64,000 nt of DNA from Escherichia coli. GTDB lineage: Bacteria > Pseudomonadota > Gammaproteobacteria > Enterobacterales > Enterobacteriaceae. Positions 8,492 through 18,648 of this stretch are shown piece by piece (positions within the stretch are counted from its first letter, which is position 1; the number at the start of each line of letters is the position of its first letter). The stretch is from assembly GCF_013315695.1 (NCBI RefSeq), contig NZ_CP054353.1; one strand, written 5' to 3'. The translations under genes were made by a program, and so were the position numbers. The notes beneath the pieces were generated by a model that saw only the letters and a program-made list of their open reading frames with translations, did no database searches and was not told the origin of the DNA.

Positions 8492-9520
8492 TTATGCAGT
8501 AACGCCTTCCGGTATCAGCGAAGCAATTTGCTTACGCCATTGCGCTTGCTCCTGTTCGCCTTCTGTACGTTGACCATAAAGTTGCGCTATCTGCGTACCA
8601 TCATGGGCAAACAATTCCAGACTGGTCACATAACCGTCACTAGCAGGTTTACGGGTTACCCAGGTTTCAGCAATGCTCTCTTCTAATAGATGAAGAGTAA
8701 ACGTCGGGTTAAAAATATTCAGCCAACCTTTCATTGGCACCACTTTTTCTACCACGCCAGTGAAAATCTGTACGCAGCCACGGTTGCCAACAAACACCAT
8801 GATTTCATTGCCATCCTGCTGTGCAGATTCAAGAATTTGCGCCAACGCACTGTTGGATACTTTGCAGGCCAAATCGTCTGCCACCAGATTGAACGCCTGT
8901 TGGCGCGTCAGGTTGTGGCGCTTGAGCAACGTAAAAAACTGATGAACGTCGGTCATCGCCCGCCACTCTTGCTCGACCACACTGGCATCGGCTCGCGTTT
9001 GAACAACTGGCGCATCAACGGCTTTTAACTCAAGCGGCGTATTCTCATCGGTGATAAACCGTGCCAGAAGCTCACTCCATGCCGCCATATCGGTATTGTC
9101 GGTGGCATAAACTTTTAGTAATGCATCGCCCTGATGATCAAAGAACTGAATACTCTGGCGTTCGCCACGAGCCGTGTTTTCTTTGATGTGGAAAACACTG
9201 GCCCATTGATTGAGAAACAGACGTAAATCCAGCGCGCGCGGATTGAGGATCAATCCGGCATGTCCGTTCAAATGCTGGTTTGTGAACGCACCAACTTGCT
9301 CATGGACTGCATATTCATTACGACAAATACATTTGGTTTCGCCAACACTTTCGAGCGCCGCCAGAATTTCACGAATATCGCCGCGCATCCGCCACGCGTC
9401 GTGCGTGACGCGCGCAAATGCCAGTTCTGCTTCGCTGATATTCATTAAACCTGCGATGTCACGCGCGTACTTTCCGGGATTTTGTTCTTTTAACTCAAGC
9501 CAGCGTGTGTAGTGGTTCAT
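8492..9520 (-). CDS. chuS: Heme-degrading / heme oxygenase protein ChuS (ShuS/HemS family)
   Basis: 342-aa ORF MNHYTRWLELKEQNPGKYARDIAGL...; immediately downstream of chuA on the same strand, as in chu/shu loci. Confidence 0.85.
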   Translation of the reverse strand: MNHYTRWLELKEQNPGKYARDIAGLMNISEAELAFARVTHDAWRMRGDIREILAALESVGETKCICRNEYAVHEQVGAFTNQHLNGHAGLILNPRALDLRLFLNQWASVFHIKENTARGERQSIQFFDHQGDALLKVYATDNTDMAAWSELLARFITDENTPLELKAVDAPVVQTRADASVVEQEWRAMTDVHQFFTLLKRHNLTRQQAFNLVADDLACKVSNSALAQILESAQQDGNEIMVFVGNRGCVQIFTGVVEKVVPMKGWLNIFNPTFTLHLLEESIAETWVTRKPASDGYVTSLELFAHDGTQIAQLYGQRTEGEQEQAQWRKQIASLIPEGVTA

Positions 9521-9568
9521 TGTCTCTCTTCCTTCCAGATAAATGCCCCGAAATATCGGGGCAGATGA

Positions 9569-11551
9569 TTACCATTGATAACTCACGAAAATTTTTCCGT
9601 TACGACCATCCTGTGGGATGCCTTGCGGCGACCAGTACTCTTTATCGAAGGCGTTGCCCAATACCAGAGTAGTGGTCATGCCTTTGAGCGCCTGTTGTCC
9701 TTGATAACTGACGTAAAAATCATTCACACCATAGCCAGGTTGTTTGCTGTAACTGCTGCTGATATGTGTTGAGCGATCGGCAAACGTACCGACCCAACCA
9801 ACAGAGAAGCCACTGTGAGCGATCGGAATATTCAGGGTACTGGTAACGGTATCCGGGTTAATGCTGGAGATATATTCCCCAGTATCGGTGTCTTTGCCGC
9901 GGGTACGGTTATAGGCCACATCAAGGCTAAACAGATCAGTGGTATATTTCGTCATTACATCCCAGCCCCAGATTTTGGCGTTCGGGACGTTATACGACAT
10001 AGTTGTCGCCGCCGCGAAATCGACGGTCGTGGAGATGTAATCCTTCGCTTTGGTATCAAAGTAGCTGGCTTTAAATTCCAGAGCATCATTGGACAACATC
10101 AGGTCATCAAAACGCAGCCCAAAACCGTACTCCTGAGTTTCGTTAGTTTCCGGACGTAAGTTCGGGTTTGGCACCCAATAGTTGGTATAGAAGCGACCAA
10201 TCGAGAAGTGCTTAGAATCGTTATACATTTCGCCCATCGTCGGGGCGCGGAATGCCTGGGCATATGAGCCAAATAACATCAGCCAGTTGGTCGGGTTGAT
10301 AGTCATCCCCGCACGAGATGACCATTTGTCAGCATCAACATCTTTGTAGCCGTCGCTGCTACCGCGATAACTGTCATAGCGGGTTCCGCCAAGCAGGGTA
10401 ATCGGCAGATCGCGTAAGGTGATCTCATCCTGTAGCCAACCAGAGCTAAAATCGATTTTTGCTTGCGGGAAGCCCGTGGTCGCGCCACCCGGATGTTGTT
10501 CCTGACGATAATACTCACCGCCATATGTCAGTAAGTGAGAAGCGAAACTGTCGGCAAATAGAGTGGAACGGTTCTCCAGCCTGGCTCCTTTTGTTATCTG
10601 TTCACGATACTCGCCGGAACTCCCCGTGTTTTGCGCATTAATACGGACTTCCGACCAGTAAATTTTTGCATCTGCATTTAACCAGTCGTTGCCCTGCGGG
10701 GCGAGTTTATAAGAAAGCTGCGCATCGCGTTGAATTGTTGAACGATCAACCATCGGGTTGCTGCTATCAGAAGCCTCAACAGTCTGCGGATTTTTTGGTT
10801 CACGCGCGTCGTTGTTGTAGTAACGCACTAAACCGCTCAGAGACTGGGCTGAATCAATTTGCCAGGTCCCTTTCGCCAGCATGTTATTAATGGACTCGTC
10901 ATTCGGCGCGGTTTCACCATTGCTCTGGCGTAAATCACCCCGATCGCGACTGGACCAGGCCACAATACCATCCAGATTTTCAGTTCGCCCAAACGCGCTC
11001 GCGCCTAATCCCAGGCTATGGTCCCCCGTGCCGCCAGTACCAAAGACACGAAAACCACTACTTTGTCCTTCCTGCAATAAATCTTTTGCATCGACCGTAT
11101 CGTAGGAGATCACCCCACCCAGCGCGCCACTGCCATACAGTAATGCTGAAGGTCCGCGAACAATCTCAACACGCTTGATCAGCGCCGGATCAAGAAAAGT
11201 ACCATTCAGGTGTCCGGTATCCGTTCCCTGGCGAACACCATCGACAAGAACCAGCACGCCGCGATGATCATAGCCACGCATATTTACATCCTGACCGTTG
11301 GTTCGTCCGGTACCATCAAGAGTAATTCCAGGAACATGACGCAGCAAATCAGTGGCTGAAGTAGCAGTTTGATTTTCAGGAGCGGAAGTGTCGATAACGC
11401 TGACCATCATAGGCGCTTCGAAGGAACTACGTGCATTCCCCGTTGCCGTAACGGTCATGGTTTCAGTAGCAAAAGCAAATGTTGGCAAGGTGGCAGAAAC
11501 AGCCAAAGCCAACAAACTCAAACGCAACGAGGTAAATTGCGGACGTGACAT
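9569..11551 (-). CDS. chuA: TonB-dependent outer-membrane heme/hemoglobin receptor ChuA (ShuA)
   Basis: 660-aa ORF with signal peptide, N-terminal plug region and C-terminal terminal-F beta-barrel residue (…VSYQW); Fur box upstream. Confidence 0.9.
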   Translation of the reverse strand: MSRPQFTSLRLSLLALAVSATLPTFAFATETMTVTATGNARSSFEAPMMVSVIDTSAPENQTATSATDLLRHVPGITLDGTGRTNGQDVNMRGYDHRGVLVLVDGVRQGTDTGHLNGTFLDPALIKRVEIVRGPSALLYGSGALGGVISYDTVDAKDLLQEGQSSGFRVFGTGGTGDHSLGLGASAFGRTENLDGIVAWSSRDRGDLRQSNGETAPNDESINNMLAKGTWQIDSAQSLSGLVRYYNNDAREPKNPQTVEASDSSNPMVDRSTIQRDAQLSYKLAPQGNDWLNADAKIYWSEVRINAQNTGSSGEYREQITKGARLENRSTLFADSFASHLLTYGGEYYRQEQHPGGATTGFPQAKIDFSSGWLQDEITLRDLPITLLGGTRYDSYRGSSDGYKDVDADKWSSRAGMTINPTNWLMLFGSYAQAFRAPTMGEMYNDSKHFSIGRFYTNYWVPNPNLRPETNETQEYGFGLRFDDLMLSNDALEFKASYFDTKAKDYISTTVDFAAATTMSYNVPNAKIWGWDVMTKYTTDLFSLDVAYNRTRGKDTDTGEYISSINPDTVTSTLNIPIAHSGFSVGWVGTFADRSTHISSSYSKQPGYGVNDFYVSYQGQQALKGMTTTLVLGNAFDKEYWSPQGIPQDGRNGKIFVSYQW

Positions 11552-11585
11552 AGCGATTCTCCATGAGGAAAATAAAAAATGCTGG
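11552..11585 (-). promoter_or_regulatory. chuA translation-initiation region with U-rich tract next to the SD (candidate FourU RNA thermometer)
   Basis: Minus-strand mRNA reads ...auuuuuuauuuuccucauggagaaucgcuAUG; a U-run adjacent to the GGAG Shine-Dalgarno; a FourU thermometer has been reported for shuA (from memory). Confidence 0.4.
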
Positions 11586-11841
11586 CTGCCTGGGTTAATA
11601 CCGGGGTGGCTGGCGAAAAATAAATTTATTTACAATTCAAATGATTAGATATCACCACGGGAAGCTATTAGCGTATATATCCCGTAAAATTGCCGAATAT
11701 TTCTGATAATTCAGCAAAAGCACGCCCTCTTTGTCAGGCAAAGTAGTACGCCACGTCTGAAGTGAAGAGTGCTGTGCGTTTTCCCTTACAAAAGATATGA
11801 TTTTGTTATCCATGATGTCATATTTTGTTAAACTCAAACGT

Positions 11842-11860
11842 GATAATGAGAATTATTATC
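11842..11860. promoter_or_regulatory. Fur box (iron-responsive operator), about 290 bp upstream of chuA
   Basis: gataatgagaattattatc matches the Fur consensus GATAATGATAATCATTATC at 17/19 positions. Confidence 0.75.
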
Positions 11861-12192
11861 GATCAATTTTTTATGATCAAGCTTTTTTTAACCGCCATTA
11901 ACACAATAAACAGGGGGTTATGAAATCTATCCAGCATCCAGAAAACCATCCTGTGTTTATGGCTATCCCCCCACAACCTCATCACAAAACGTTGTCGTTA
12001 ACAGTGATAATTTTCTCTTCTCTTTGCTCTGCAAGCCGCGATATCTCCGGGTTCTCAGCTTTTTCCCGCGCTGAAATTTAATCGGTAACAAGAACATTAG
12101 CTGACGAAGCATCTTGATAAAAATCAAAAATAAATACGCTTGTAACGCCTTGCGTATTGAATCGACGGTTGTATTTCATATATAACTCAAAT

Positions 12193-12211
12193 GATAATCA
12201 TGATCATTCTC
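12193..12211. promoter_or_regulatory. Fur box upstream of chuT
   Basis: gataatcatgatcattctc matches the Fur consensus at 16/19 positions; 24 bp before the ATG at 12235. Confidence 0.7.
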
Positions 12212-12234
12212 AATTTGATAAGAGTTCTCACATT

Positions 12235-13149
12235 ATGCCAAGGATCATCACCAGGCCGTTTCTTTTTTCCCCACTGACGTTATGTATTTCAGCCGTGGCC
12301 TCTGCCGCGAAGACCATGGTAAAACGAAAAAAATTGTTTACGGCATTACTGGCTCTTAGCTGGACTTTTAGCGTAACGGCTGCCGAACGTATCGTGGTCG
12401 CAGGAGGATCGCTGACGGAGCTAATCTACGCGATGGGCGCTGGCAAACGCGTGGTTGGTGTCGATGAAACGACATCTTATCCACCAGAAACCGCCAAACT
12501 GCCGCATATTGGTTACTGGAAACAACTCAGCAGCGAAGGCATTTTGTCACTTCGCCCGGATAGCGTAATTACCTGGCAGGATGCCGGGCCACAAATTGTG
12601 CTCGACCAACTACGAGCGCAGAAAGTCAACGTCGTCACCCTGCCGCGTGTGCCTGCCACCCTTGAGCAGATGTACGCCAACATTCGCCAACTGGCAAAAA
12701 CGCTACAGGTTCCTGAACAAGGCGAGGCGCTGGTGACACAGATCAACCAACGCCTGGAGCGAGTACAGCAAAACGTGGCGGCCAAAAAAGCCCCGGTTAA
12801 AGCCATGTTTATTCTCTCCGCAGGCGGAAGTGCGCCACAGGTTGCCGGTAAAGGCAGCGTCGCGGACGCCATTCTTTCGCTTGCCGGAGCAGAAAACGTC
12901 GCTACCCACCAGCAGTACAAAAGCTACAGCGCGGAATCGCTGATTGCGGCTAACCCTGAAGTGATTGTCGTCACCTCACAAATGGTCGATGGCGATATTA
13001 ATCGGCTACGTTCTATTGCCGGAATTACCCACACCGCCGCCTGGAAGAACCAGCGCATTATCACCGTTGATCAAAACCTGATTCTGGGAATGGGTCCGCG
13101 TATTGCTGATGTCGTTGAGTCTTTACACCAGCAGCTTTGGCCGCAATAA
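12235..13149 (+). CDS. chuT: Periplasmic heme-binding protein ChuT (ABC transporter substrate-binding); start uncertain
   Basis: ORF 12157..13149. The ATG at 12235 lies just after the Fur box; an internal ATG at 12316 (MVKRKKLFTALLALSWTFSVTAA-ERIVVAGG) gives a canonical signal peptide and may be the true start. Confidence 0.8.
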   Translation: MPRIITRPFLFSPLTLCISAVASAAKTMVKRKKLFTALLALSWTFSVTAAERIVVAGGSLTELIYAMGAGKRVVGVDETTSYPPETAKLPHIGYWKQLSSEGILSLRPDSVITWQDAGPQIVLDQLRAQKVNVVTLPRVPATLEQMYANIRQLAKTLQVPEQGEALVTQINQRLERVQQNVAAKKAPVKAMFILSAGGSAPQVAGKGSVADAILSLAGAENVATHQQYKSYSAESLIAANPEVIVVTSQMVDGDINRLRSIAGITHTAAWKNQRIITVDQNLILGMGPRIADVVESLHQQLWPQ

Positions 13150-13168
13150 ATGGATTTAAATCAGACGA

Positions 13169-14506
13169 ATGAACACAAATAACACCCTGGATCTCACGCC
13201 ACATTTTGCTTTAGACGGTGATCAGCCATTTAAAGACAGGCGCGCCATGATGCCGTTTCGTGGGGCCATTCCAGTTGCCAAAGAGCAACTGGCACAGACC
13301 TGGCAAGAGATGCTCAATCAAACGGTATCACCACGTAAGCGACTGGTTTATCTACACATTCCTTTTTGTGCAACACACTGCACGTTTTGTGGTTTTTATC
13401 AGAACCGTTTTAATGAAGATGCGTGTGCTCATTATACCGACGCCCTGATTCGTGAAATAGAACGGGAAGCAGACAGCGTATTGCATCAGTCTGCCCCCAT
13501 CCACGCGGTCTATTTCGGTGGCGGTACGCCTTCCGCGCTTTCGGCACACGATTTGGCCAGAATCATCACCACATTACGAGAAAAGCTGCCACTGGCCCCT
13601 GATTGTGAAATCACTATCGAAGGCCGGGTACTGAATTTTGACGCTGAGCGAATCGATGCTTGCCTTGATGCAGGAGCAAACCGCTTCTCAATTGGTATTC
13701 AGTCGTTTAACAGCAAAATCCGCAAGAAAATGGCCCGCACCTCGGATGGCCCAACCGCTATTGCGTTTATGGAAAGCTTGGTCAAACGCGACCGTGCCGC
13801 GGTGGTCTGTGACCTGCTGTTTGGTCTGCCGGGTCAGGATGCGCAAACCTGGGGAGAAGATCTGGCTATTGCCCGCGATATCGGTCTCGACGGCGTCGAT
13901 CTCTATGCGCTCAATGTCCTGCCCAATACACCGCTGGGCAAAGCCGTGGAAAATGGGCGCACTACCGTGCCCTCTCCGGCAGAACGTCGCGATCTTTACC
14001 TGCAAGGGTGTGATTTTATGGACGATGCCGGTTGGCGCTGCATCAGTAACAGCCACTGGGGCCGTACCACACGCGAACGCAATCTCTATAACCTGCTGAT
14101 TAAACAAGGTGCCGATTGTCTGGCCTTTGGTTCTGGAGCCGGTGGTTCGATTAATGGTTACTCCTGGATGAACGAACGCAATCTTCAGACCTGGCATGAA
14201 TCCGTCGCGGCAGGCAAAAAACCGCTGATGATGATCATGCGTAACGCCGAACGTAACGCGCAGTGGCGTCATACCTTGCAGTCGGGCATTGAAACGGCGC
14301 GTGTACCGCTGGACGAACTTACGCCACATGCCGAAAAACTCGCGCCGTTACTGGCCCAGTGGCACCAAAAAGGCTTAAGCCGCGATGCGTCAACGTGTCT
14401 GCGGTTGACCAATGAAGGTCGTTTCTGGGCAAGCAACATTTTGCAGTCTCTTAATGAACTGATTCAGGTACTTAATGCGCCAGCAATTGCGCTTGAAAAA
14501 CCATAA
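13169..14506 (+). CDS. chuW: Radical SAM heme-degrading enzyme ChuW (HemN-like, anaerobilin synthase)
   Basis: 445-aa ORF with radical SAM CxxxCxxC motif (CATHCTFC). Confidence 0.85.
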   Translation: MNTNNTLDLTPHFALDGDQPFKDRRAMMPFRGAIPVAKEQLAQTWQEMLNQTVSPRKRLVYLHIPFCATHCTFCGFYQNRFNEDACAHYTDALIREIEREADSVLHQSAPIHAVYFGGGTPSALSAHDLARIITTLREKLPLAPDCEITIEGRVLNFDAERIDACLDAGANRFSIGIQSFNSKIRKKMARTSDGPTAIAFMESLVKRDRAAVVCDLLFGLPGQDAQTWGEDLAIARDIGLDGVDLYALNVLPNTPLGKAVENGRTTVPSPAERRDLYLQGCDFMDDAGWRCISNSHWGRTTRERNLYNLLIKQGADCLAFGSGAGGSINGYSWMNERNLQTWHESVAAGKKPLMMIMRNAERNAQWRHTLQSGIETARVPLDELTPHAEKLAPLLAQWHQKGLSRDASTCLRLTNEGRFWASNILQSLNELIQVLNAPAIALEKP

Positions 14507-14518
14507 CAGGAGTGATTT

Positions 14519-15013
14519 ATGAGCCATGTCTCGTTACAGGAATTTTTGAAAACGGAGCCGGACGGTACGCTGGAGGCGATCGCCGAACAATACAACACCA
14601 CGCTGCTGGAGGTAGTGAAAAATCTGCCCTCTCCGACTGTTGTGTCAGGTGATAAATTCGATACTGTCTGGGATACCGTCTGCGAATGGGGCAACGTCAC
14701 CACGTTAGTACATACTGCCGATGTCATCCTCGAATTTAGCGGCGAACTGCCTTCGGGTTTCCATCGCCACGGCTATTTCAACCTACGCGGAAAGCACGGC
14801 ATGTCCGGGCATATCAAAGCAGAAAACTGCACACATATTGCCTTGATCGAACGTAAATTTATGGGCATGGACACCGCATCCATTCTCTTTTTCAACAAAG
14901 AAGGCAGCGCCATGCTGAAAATCTTCCTCGGCAGGGATGACCATCGTCAGCTCCTGAGCGAACAGGTCAGCGCCTTCCATGCTCTGGCAGCATCGTTAAA
15001 GGAACACGCCTGA
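14519..15013 (+). CDS. chuX: Heme utilization protein ChuX
   Basis: 164-aa ORF in conserved position between chuW and chuY. Confidence 0.8.
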   Translation: MSHVSLQEFLKTEPDGTLEAIAEQYNTTLLEVVKNLPSPTVVSGDKFDTVWDTVCEWGNVTTLVHTADVILEFSGELPSGFHRHGYFNLRGKHGMSGHIKAENCTHIALIERKFMGMDTASILFFNKEGSAMLKIFLGRDDHRQLLSEQVSAFHALAASLKEHA

Positions 15014-15636
15014 TGACACCGTGGCTACTCTTTGGCGCAGGCGGAAAAGGTGTGGGTGCCAGAACGCTTGAACTGGCGCTGGCGGAACAACGTCCGGTCG
15101 TTGCTGTCATTCGTCATGCCGATGCCGCCACGAAACTGGCGCAACAAGGCGTACAGGTTTTTACAGGCGACGCCTGTGATGCCAGCGTAGTCGCGGCTGC
15201 TTGCCGCGCAGCTGGCCCGGATGCGCTTATCATCTCAACAATGGGCGGAGCTCAGGATTATCTGGCGCACAGAACAGTGATTGACGAGGCCGAGAAGGCT
15301 GGCATCAGTCGCATGATTCTGGTGACCTCTTTGGGATGCGGCGATAGCTGGCCGTTTTTATCAGAGCGGGCAAAGGCTGCGTTTGGTCAGGCGGTACGGG
15401 AAAAAACGCTGGCGGAAAGCTGGTTGCAAACCAGCCAGCTTGATTATGCCATTCTCCGCCCTGGCGGTCTGCTTGATGGTGCGGCAACGGGCAAAGCACA
15501 ACGGATACAAAATCAGGAGTGTCATGGTTTTGTTAACCGTGCTGATGTCGCCGCACATATCCATGAACTGGCAAATGCGCCAGCACTTAACCAGCAGGTC
15601 TACAGTCTGATTGAACCGGACCTGAAACCGGCGTGA
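15013..15636 (+). CDS. chuY: NAD(P)-dependent reductase ChuY (anaerobilin reductase)
   Basis: 207-aa ORF with N-terminal Rossmann-type GAGGKGVGA motif; start overlaps the chuX stop. Confidence 0.8.
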   Translation: MTPWLLFGAGGKGVGARTLELALAEQRPVVAVIRHADAATKLAQQGVQVFTGDACDASVVAAACRAAGPDALIISTMGGAQDYLAHRTVIDEAEKAGISRMILVTSLGCGDSWPFLSERAKAAFGQAVREKTLAESWLQTSQLDYAILRPGGLLDGAATGKAQRIQNQECHGFVNRADVAAHIHELANAPALNQQVYSLIEPDLKPA

Positions 15637-15684
15637 TCCCCCGGCGCGGTATGTCCGCGCCGTAATGTCGTAACGGAGTTTTGC

Positions 15685-16677
15685 GTGCTCAAGGATTCAC
15701 TCTCTTCCGCCAGGGTCTTTATGGGGCTATCACTATTATTGCTCGCTCTGGTGCTGTTTGGTGCCAGTCAGGGAGCGTTAAAGATCAGTTTTGATGCCCT
15801 TTTTGATGAGGAATACCGCGATATCTGGCTCAATATTCGTCTACCACGGGTTTTGCTGGCGGTGCTGGTAGGTGCAGCGTTGGCAACCGCCGGGGTAATT
15901 ATGCAAGGGCTTTTTCGCAACCCAATGGCTGACCCTGGATTACTTGGCGTCAGTAGCGGTTCTGCATTAATGGTTGGCGTTGCTATTGTGCTGCCCTTCT
16001 CCTTCCCAGTGGTGCTGGTGCTCTATGAGCAAATGGTGTTTGCCATTGCCGGAAGTTTAGTGGTCTGCACCATCATTTTTCTCATCACGCAGCGCCATCG
16101 CGATGGCAGCATGATGCAATTATTACTCGCCGGTATCGCCATCAATGCCCTGTGCGGCGCAGCGATCGGCATCCTGAGCTATATCGGCGATGAGCAGCAG
16201 CTACGACAACTCACATTGTGGATGATGGGCAATCTTGGACAGGCGCAATGGCCGACGTTATTGGTTGCCAGTTCATTCATCCTACCGGCCATTATCGCAA
16301 CAACTTGTCTCGCCGGAACGCTGAATTTACTGCAGCTCGGTGATGAAGAAGCCCACTACCTCGGCGTGAACGTTAAGCGTAAACGCCAGCAATTACTGTT
16401 AGTGAGCTCACTGCTCGTTGGTGCCGCCGTATCGGTAAGCGGCATTATCGGCTTTATTGGCCTGGTGATCCCGCATCTGATTCGTATGACTACCGGGGCA
16501 AATCACCGCTGGCTAATCCCTTGCTCCGCCCTCGCCGGAGCCTGTTTATTGCTGATGGCAGACACGCTTGCCCGCACACTGGTACAGCCAGCAGAAATGC
16601 CCGTGGGATTATTAACCAGCCTGCTTGGTGGCCCTTATTTTATGTGGTTGATTCTGCGCAACCGGAGGATCACATGA
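15685..16677 (+). CDS. chuU: Heme ABC transporter permease ChuU
   Basis: 330-aa polytopic membrane protein of the FecCD/BtuC family. Confidence 0.85.
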   Translation: MLKDSLSSARVFMGLSLLLLALVLFGASQGALKISFDALFDEEYRDIWLNIRLPRVLLAVLVGAALATAGVIMQGLFRNPMADPGLLGVSSGSALMVGVAIVLPFSFPVVLVLYEQMVFAIAGSLVVCTIIFLITQRHRDGSMMQLLLAGIAINALCGAAIGILSYIGDEQQLRQLTLWMMGNLGQAQWPTLLVASSFILPAIIATTCLAGTLNLLQLGDEEAHYLGVNVKRKRQQLLLVSSLLVGAAVSVSGIIGFIGLVIPHLIRMTTGANHRWLIPCSALAGACLLLMADTLARTLVQPAEMPVGLLTSLLGGPYFMWLILRNRRIT

Positions 16678-17444
16678 TCAGCGCCCAGAATCTGGTTTAT
16701 AGCCTTCAGGGGCGGCGTCTGACTGATAATGTCTCGCTGACTTTTCCCGGTGGGGAAATTGTTGCCATCCTCGGCCCTAATGGTGCGGGAAAATCTACGC
16801 TGCTTCGCCAGCTAACCGGCTATCTTCAACCTGATAGCGGCGAATGTCGGTTGTTTAATAAGCCATTAAATGAATGGTCGATTACTGAACTGGCGAAACA
16901 CCGGGCCGTGATGCGTCAAAATAGCCACATGGCGTTTCCATTCAGCGTACAAGAAGTTATCCAGATGGGGCGGCATCCGCATCGTACTGGTAATCAGGAT
17001 AATGAAACAGCACAAATAATGGCGTTATGTGACTGTCAGGCGTTAGCAAACCGCGACTACCGGCAATTATCCGGTGGTGAACAACAGCGCGTGCAATTAG
17101 CGCGCCTGCTGGTGCAACTCTGGGAACCTACTCCCTCACCGAAATGGTTATTTCTTGATGAACCAACTTCGGCGCTGGATATTCACCATCAGCAGCACTT
17201 GTTTCGTTTATTACGCCAGTTAGTTCACGAACGGCAGTTCAATGTTTGTTGCGTATTGCACGATCTAAATCTTGCCGCGCGTTATGCAGACCGTGTTGTA
17301 TTAATGCAAAAAGGAAAGGTTATCGCAAATGGTAAGCCGCAGGACGTATTGACACAGCAGGCGCTGACAATGCTCTACGGCGCGGATATTACCGTACTTA
17401 AAGATCCTGCCAACCATTCACCACTGATCGTCCTCGATCATTAA
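16674..17444 (+). CDS. chuV: Heme ABC transporter ATP-binding protein ChuV (HmuV)
   Basis: ORF 16521..17444; start set to ATG 16674 ([11 protein letters not shown]...) after RBS ggagga, overlapping the chuU stop by 4 bp (ATGA); Walker [10 protein letters not shown] and signature LSGGEQQR. Confidence 0.85.
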   Translation: MISAQNLVYSLQGRRLTDNVSLTFPGGEIVAILGPNGAGKSTLLRQLTGYLQPDSGECRLFNKPLNEWSITELAKHRAVMRQNSHMAFPFSVQEVIQMGRHPHRTGNQDNETAQIMALCDCQALANRDYRQLSGGEQQRVQLARLLVQLWEPTPSPKWLFLDEPTSALDIHHQQHLFRLLRQLVHERQFNVCCVLHDLNLAARYADRVVLMQKGKVIANGKPQDVLTQQALTMLYGADITVLKDPANHSPLIVLDH

Positions 17445-17450
17445 AACCAA

Positions 17451-17475
17451 CAGGAGTACCGCACTGGTACTCCTG
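17451..17475. terminator. Hairpin caggagtac-cgcactg-gtactcctg between convergent chuV and yhiD
   Basis: 9-bp perfect stem read directly; lies between the two convergent stop codons. Confidence 0.55.
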
Positions 17476-17495
17476 CGAATAAATAACTATACAGA

Positions 17496-18143
17496 TTAGC
17501 TAATTGAAACACCTTTCACCCCTGCCATACCTTTTAATAATCGCAACAGATCTTCTATCGACGTCGTGGCATGAAGCTGGATATCAATGGCGACCACTTC
17601 ATGATCTTCATTTTCCTGCAACGAAACTAAATCCGTTTTTATTTTTTGCTGCTTAAACCAGTCGAGCATTGATACCGTATTACCGTTCACTAATGTCAGC
17701 TGTAAATGGTAATTTTTGTTCATCAGGCGGAAGGTTAATTGATGGAAGACTTCCAGCACCAGCAAGGTCATCACTGAACCATAAATACCCAGTTCGTACA
17801 TACCGCTGCCAATAACCATACCAATGGCGGCGGTCACCCAGATATCCGCTGCCGTCGTCAGACCTACAATATTTTGGTTACGAACGAGAATGTTACCTGC
17901 ACCGATAAACCCGACGCCCGTCACAACCTGAGCAGCAATACGGCTGGGGTCCAGTCCGACGTGACCTAAAGACAGCACGTCAGCAAAACCATATTTCGAA
18001 ACAATCATAAACAGGGCGCTTCCCATGCCAATTAATACATGTGTGCGTAACCCTGCTCCTTTGCCGCGCATTTGCCTTTCCATGCCAATAGCGCCACAGG
18101 CAATTACCGCAAGTATAAGTCGTATAATAAATTCTGCTGTCAT
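17496..18143 (-). CDS. yhiD: MgtC-family inner membrane protein YhiD
   Basis: ORF 17496..18155; start set to MTAEFIIRLILA... (215 aa). Confidence 0.85.
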   Translation of the reverse strand: MTAEFIIRLILAVIACGAIGMERQMRGKGAGLRTHVLIGMGSALFMIVSKYGFADVLSLGHVGLDPSRIAAQVVTGVGFIGAGNILVRNQNIVGLTTAADIWVTAAIGMVIGSGMYELGIYGSVMTLLVLEVFHQLTFRLMNKNYHLQLTLVNGNTVSMLDWFKQQKIKTDLVSLQENEDHEVVAIDIQLHATTSIEDLLRLLKGMAGVKGVSIS

Positions 18144-18157
18144 ATAAAAATGCAAAA

Positions 18158-18195
18158 AGGAGCAGCAAGATGGCTCAACTTGCTACTCCTTTTTA
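18158..18195 (-). terminator. Rho-independent terminator downstream of hdeB
   Basis: Stem aggagcagcaag / cttgctactcct (one mismatch), flanked by an A-run (plus strand) giving a U-run on the minus-strand transcript. Confidence 0.5.
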
Positions 18196-18206
18196 CTTGT
18201 ACCTTA

Positions 18207-18533
18207 TTAATTCGGCAAGTCATTAGATGCTTGATTTTTGAAGGTATACAAATTTTTCTGCGGGTTTTTCTTGCAGTATTCGATCACTTTAGGAATTTGA
18301 GTGAGATCGGTTTCATTTAAAGTAACGGTATCGCCACCTTTATATACTGTTTCTTCATGCAGCATCCACCACGCAACTGGTGTCATTGCTTTTGGATTCA
18401 GATCAATAAATTCCTGGCAGGTCATATCTTTAGCGGATTCATTGGCTGCCAGCGCAGATTGTGCGTTCACCAGTGACAAAGCCGCTACAGCGCCCATAAA
18501 AATAAACGCTTTACGGAGAGATGCAATGTTCAT
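18207..18533 (-). CDS. hdeB: Periplasmic acid-stress chaperone HdeB
   Basis: ORF 18207..18545; start set to MNIASLRKAFIFMGAVAALSLVNAQSALA (108 aa). Confidence 0.9.
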   Translation of the reverse strand: MNIASLRKAFIFMGAVAALSLVNAQSALAANESAKDMTCQEFIDLNPKAMTPVAWWMLHEETVYKGGDTVTLNETDLTQIPKVIEYCKKNPQKNLYTFKNQASNDLPN

Positions 18534-18648
18534 TTTGTAACCCATTCAATATAGAGATTATATACAAACAGGAGGAATAGCTGCTTTTAAAGAAGATATT
18601 CCGGCCTGTTCAATATGCAAGGAAATACGATGTAACGCATTCCCGGAA

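Noticed and set aside
11652-11837. 61-aa ORF in the chuA leader region
   Set aside because: Lies within the presumed long 5' UTR of chuA with no convincing Shine-Dalgarno; treated as leader sequence, not a gene. Ribosome profiling could overturn this.
12157-12234. N-terminal extension of the chuT ORF (start at 12157)
   Set aside because: The extension would begin inside or upstream of the Fur box and promoter; the ATG at 12235, or more likely 12316 with a canonical signal peptide, is preferred.
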